In this document: in pieces, positions 60,451 through 64,000 of the stretch
Layout of the letters: every line of letters begins with the position of its first letter
Position numbering within the stretch: the stretch's first letter is position 1
Assembly: GCA_964618785.1 (NCBI GenBank)
Contig: CAZUCY010000001.1
Span: 54,169-118,168, forward strand
Source of the DNA: an uncultured Ignavibacteriaceae bacterium
Lineage (GTDB): Bacteria; Bacteroidota; Ignavibacteria; Ignavibacteriales; Ignavibacteriaceae
DNA length: 64,000 nucleotides
Direction of reading: 5' to 3'
Made by a program: the position numbers and the translations under genes
Notes under the pieces: generated by a model
Databases searched by the model: none
Told to the model about the DNA's origin: nothing
What the model saw: the letters and a program-made list of their open reading frames with translations, nothing else

Positions 60451-62019
60451 ATGAAAAAATTGGTTGTTATGTTATTGATGTTCTTTTCCTTTCAAATTTT
60501 TGCGCAAATTGAAGCGGTAAAATTAAGTTACCACAATATCCAGGTTGATTCTCAGGGGAATATTCTGCCCTGGTTCTCAAATGACCCGGGCGGGTCATAT
60601 GATCATATTATCAACATCGTTTGGAATTTTTGGGACTCCATGAGAACCGATTTGAATGGACTCCCGTACTATATGAACCATCAGGTATGGAGAAAAGGTT
60701 TCAATGATCACCGTGGAATTGGCGGAGATCAAATTTCTATGGCTCTGTCATCTTGGAGATTACTTTATGCTTATAATGGGAATCTGAGAATTTTGGAAGA
60801 TATGAAATTCATGGCAGATTATTATTTAACTCATGGTTTGTCTGCCGCAAATTCTAAGTGGCCGAATATTCCTTATCCCTACAATACTTTACTTTATTCC
60901 GGTATTTATGACGGTGATATGATAACGGGAAAGGGTTATACCCAGCCGGACAAAGCAGGCTCGTTTGGTTATGAACTGGTAAATCTTTATAAGATTACTG
61001 GAAATGTACGGTATCTTGATGCGGCTGTTGAAATTGCTAACACGCTCTCGAATCATGTTGTTGCAGGCAACAATGATGAATCTCCTCTTCCATTCAGAGT
61101 TAATGCTGAAACCGGTGATGTCGGAACTTCAATTGAAAATGGCAAAGTAGTAATAAAATATGCCTACACTTCTAATTGGAGTGGAACAATTATGCTGTTC
61201 ACTGAATTGGTTTCTCTGAAAAAGGGAAATGTTGACGCTTATCAAAAATCTTTTAATACAATTCTTGAATGGATGAAAAATTATCCTCTCAAAACAAATA
61301 AGTGGGGACCATTCTTTGAGGATGTCGGATCTTGGTCGGATACGCAAATCAACGCAGTAACCTTTGCTCAGTACATTCTTAACAATTCCGGATTGTTTCC
61401 AAATTGGAAAGAAGATGCCCGGCATATTTTGGACTGGGTTTATAAAGAACTCGGGAATAATAAATGGGAAAAATACGGTGTAATGGTCGTCAATGAACAA
61501 ACTGCTTACAAAGTTCCGGGGAATAGCCATACTTCAAGGCAAGGTGCCGCAGAATTATTATTTGCTTCTAAAACGGCTGATATTGCAAGCAAAAAACTTG
61601 GGATAAAACAGTTGAACTGGGCTACTTATATGGTTAATGATGACGGGGAAAATACCTATCCAAGCAACAGAACCTGGATGACTGATGGCTATGGCGATTA
61701 TGTCAGACACTTTTTAAGAGCAATGGGTGCCTTTCCCGAATTAGCCCCGATGGATCAAAATCATTTATTGAAATCGTCTTCAGTTGTAAAATCTATTCAA
61801 TACGACAAGGACAAAATTGAGTACGAAACTTTTGATGATACATCAACAGAAGTATTAAGATTAACTTCAAAGCCTGAAGTAGTATTAGTCAATGATAACA
61901 AAATTGGCGAATCTGCCTTATTGGAAAATAATTCGTGGAATTGGGCTCCATTCGATAAAGGTGGTGCGTTAACTATTATTCATAAAACCGGGAAGAAAAT
62001 TATTGTTAAATTAATGTAA
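60451..62019 (+). CDS. Secreted protein of unknown function (possibly an alpha/alpha-barrel glycosidase-like fold)
   Basis: TGGAG upstream of ATG 60451 (the ORF-track TTG 60439 is unlikely). Signal peptide MKKLVVMLLMFFSFQIFAQ. KAGSFGYELVNLYKITGNVRYLDAAVEIANTL resembles the helix-pair pattern of six-hairpin glycosidases. No family assignable. Confidence 0.5.
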   Translation: MKKLVVMLLMFFSFQIFAQIEAVKLSYHNIQVDSQGNILPWFSNDPGGSYDHIINIVWNFWDSMRTDLNGLPYYMNHQVWRKGFNDHRGIGGDQISMALSSWRLLYAYNGNLRILEDMKFMADYYLTHGLSAANSKWPNIPYPYNTLLYSGIYDGDMITGKGYTQPDKAGSFGYELVNLYKITGNVRYLDAAVEIANTLSNHVVAGNNDESPLPFRVNAETGDVGTSIENGKVVIKYAYTSNWSGTIMLFTELVSLKKGNVDAYQKSFNTILEWMKNYPLKTNKWGPFFEDVGSWSDTQINAVTFAQYILNNSGLFPNWKEDARHILDWVYKELGNNKWEKYGVMVVNEQTAYKVPGNSHTSRQGAAELLFASKTADIASKKLGIKQLNWATYMVNDDGENTYPSNRTWMTDGYGDYVRHFLRAMGAFPELAPMDQNHLLKSSSVVKSIQYDKDKIEYETFDDTSTEVLRLTSKPEVVLVNDNKIGESALLENNSWNWAPFDKGGALTIIHKTGKKIIVKLM

Positions 62020-62248
62020 AAGTGATCCTTTTACGTGCAATAAAAATAATTTACAGAAAAATATATTATGAAAGTTATCTGGTAATTGGCTTTGAAAAAA
62101 TTTCGTAAATTTATTTTGATCATTCCCTATAGAATTCTTGTGTGTGTTTGCTTGTTTCATATAAGAAGCTTAATTATTCCGGGTTAATAGGTAAAATTTT
62201 TGCCCGCCGTCGAAATGAAGTACAATGAATAATACAAACGAGGTTTTT

Positions 62249-63871
62249 ATGAATTATATCATAAAATTATCATTTAGGATTTTAACCATATTAGTCTTTT
62301 CTTATATACAAATTTTCGCTTCAATGTATGACGTTAAAACATACGGGGCAAAAGGTGATGGTAAAATTCTTGATTCTCCGGCAATCAATAATGCCATTGA
62401 AGCAGCTTCGTCTAACGGAGGTGGTACGGTGTACTTTTCGTCGGGAACATACCTTTCGGTTTCAATTCATCTTAAAAGTAACGTTGCGCTTTATATTGAT
62501 CAGGGTGCTGTTATTCTGGCTGCAAATCCGAAACAAGGCTATAAATTTGATTCAAGCGAAGAGAACAATTGGGATATGTACCAGGATTTCGGTCATACAC
62601 ATTGGCACAATAGTTTGATATGGGGTGAGAATCTCGTAAATGTCTCAATACTTGGACCCGGTTTAATAGATGGAAGTGCTTTGCTTGCTTACCCGTACGA
62701 ATCCCGAACCCCTGAAGAACAAAAAATTCTAAATGGTAAAGCTCCGGTAGGTAAAATACAGGGACCTTTCGGATACCCCGATGCCGGAGATGCAATTGAT
62801 GCCGGGTTTGGTAATAAAGCCATTGCTTTGAAATTTTGTAAGAATGTTATCCTGCGTGATATATCAATTCTCCGCGGCGGACACTTTGCAATACTTGCTG
62901 CCGGCGTTGATAATTTAACGATCGATAATCTTAAAATTGATACTAATCGTGATGGGGTTGATATTGATTGCTGCAAAAATGTCCATGTCTCAAATTGCAC
63001 GGTTAATTCTCCTTTCGATGACGGTATTTGTTTGAAAGCGTCTTTTGGTCTGGGTTTTGCCAAAGCTACCGAAGATGTGATGATAACAAATTGCTTTGTC
63101 AGTGGCTACGATGTGGGATCGGTACTCGACGGATCATTCAAACGTGAATATAATAAATTCGGTTACGGTAGTCCTACCGGACGAATAAAATTAGGTACCG
63201 AATCCAACGGTGATTTCAGAAACATAACTATTTCCAATTGTGTGTTTGAGTATTGCCGTGGTCTTGCTCTTGAAACTGTTGACGGAAGCAAACTCGAAGA
63301 TGTTACAATAACAAATATTACGATGAGGGATATCGGGAATTCTCCTATCTTTTTACGGCTGGGAAAAAGAATGCGCGGTCCTGGTGGTGTCCCGGTAGGC
63401 GAACTGCGCAGAATTATTATCAGCAATGTTGTTGTATATAATGCCGCTCAAAAGCATTCGGTGATGTTAGTCGGTCTGCCGGATAAGGATATTGAAGATG
63501 TCTCGCTTGAAAATATTAAAATTTATTATCAGGGCGGAGGCACAAAGGAACAGTCGGCGATAAATCCTCCTGAAAACGAAACTGCTTATCCCGAACCCGA
63601 TCGCTTCGGCGAAATGCCTGCATATGGCTTTTTTATCCGGCATGTAAACGGTATTAAATTGAATAATATAGACGTGAGTTTTATGAAAAAAGATTTCCGC
63701 TCTCCGTTCATTTTAAATAATGTAAAAAACGCAGAGTTTGATTTTATAAATGCAATGCATGTTCCGGGTGTTGCGACTTTTATCCTGGAAAATGTTTCGA
63801 ACTTTAACGTGTTCAAGTGTATATCGGCTAATGATATTTATATCAAAAAAGCAGTCAAAAAAAGGCTTTAA
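62249..63871 (+). CDS. GH28-family beta-helix glycoside hydrolase (polygalacturonase/rhamnogalacturonase-like)
   Basis: GAGG upstream of ATG 62249 (ATG 62225 is also possible). YGAKGDGKILDSPAINNAIEAASSNGGGTVYFSSGTY, NRDGVDID, FDDGICLKA and RIKLGTES correspond to the GH28 NTDG-D, G-DD-I and R-IK motifs. Confidence 0.75.
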   Translation: MNYIIKLSFRILTILVFSYIQIFASMYDVKTYGAKGDGKILDSPAINNAIEAASSNGGGTVYFSSGTYLSVSIHLKSNVALYIDQGAVILAANPKQGYKFDSSEENNWDMYQDFGHTHWHNSLIWGENLVNVSILGPGLIDGSALLAYPYESRTPEEQKILNGKAPVGKIQGPFGYPDAGDAIDAGFGNKAIALKFCKNVILRDISILRGGHFAILAAGVDNLTIDNLKIDTNRDGVDIDCCKNVHVSNCTVNSPFDDGICLKASFGLGFAKATEDVMITNCFVSGYDVGSVLDGSFKREYNKFGYGSPTGRIKLGTESNGDFRNITISNCVFEYCRGLALETVDGSKLEDVTITNITMRDIGNSPIFLRLGKRMRGPGGVPVGELRRIIISNVVVYNAAQKHSVMLVGLPDKDIEDVSLENIKIYYQGGGTKEQSAINPPENETAYPEPDRFGEMPAYGFFIRHVNGIKLNNIDVSFMKKDFRSPFILNNVKNAEFDFINAMHVPGVATFILENVSNFNVFKCISANDIYIKKAVKKRL

Positions 63872-64000
63872 AATAAAGGATACAAAATTATTATCTTTGT
63901 TTTTCTGTCCTCTGGTAATTTTATCATCTCTGCCCAATCATGGGAAAATTTATGCAATAGTATTGTGTTTGACTGTAAAATTGTCCTTCTGAATTTGTTT

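Noticed and set aside
63713-64000. ORFs 63750-63992 (+) and 63713-63937 (-). Also a minus-strand frame that stays open from the window edge to about 63868 (…ILLHKFSHDWAEMIKLPEDRKTKIIILYPLF*).
   Set aside because: The first two overlap the GH28-like gene end and lack any motif. The third could be the tail of a convergent gene, but only about 43 codons are visible, with no recognisable similarity. That is too little to call.

Overview
AT-rich 64-kb window that is almost entirely coding: about 30 genes, all but three on the + strand. I found no rRNA, tRNA, CRISPR array, transposase, integrase or recognisable defence or toxin genes.

The window is one large glycan-utilisation island. It holds four divergent GH92 alpha-mannosidases, a GH38-like enzyme, and GH2, GH127, GH78, GH36-like, GH63-like, GH39-like and GH28-like enzymes. 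It also holds a second beta-helix protein, a secreted metallophosphoesterase, and two paralogous hybrid two-component sensors (beta-propeller/Y_Y_Y sensor, HisKA/HATPase, receiver, AraC HTH). There is one TonB-dependent receptor with no SusD-like partner, two proteins carrying type-9-secretion C-terminal sorting domains, and a six-gene cytoplasmic sugar-catabolism cassette.

Many starts have a clear Shine-Dalgarno site (GGAGG/AGGAGG). Together with the 'NYPNPFNPST...LLK' T9SS tails and the AT-rich DNA, this suggests an Ignavibacteria-like FCB-group organism rather than a classical Bacteroides. That placement is inference only.

I see no obviously new defence or mobile system. The items most worth follow-up are:
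- the HTCS + SusD-less TBDR + T9SS beta-helix module;
- the mosaic catabolic cassette, which matches no single known pathway;
- a duplicated sensor whose downstream control region is conserved but whose transporter is missing;
- four secreted or anchored proteins I cannot place in any family;
- a decayed GH28 N-terminal relic.

All family calls come from motif recognition by eye. No searches were run.
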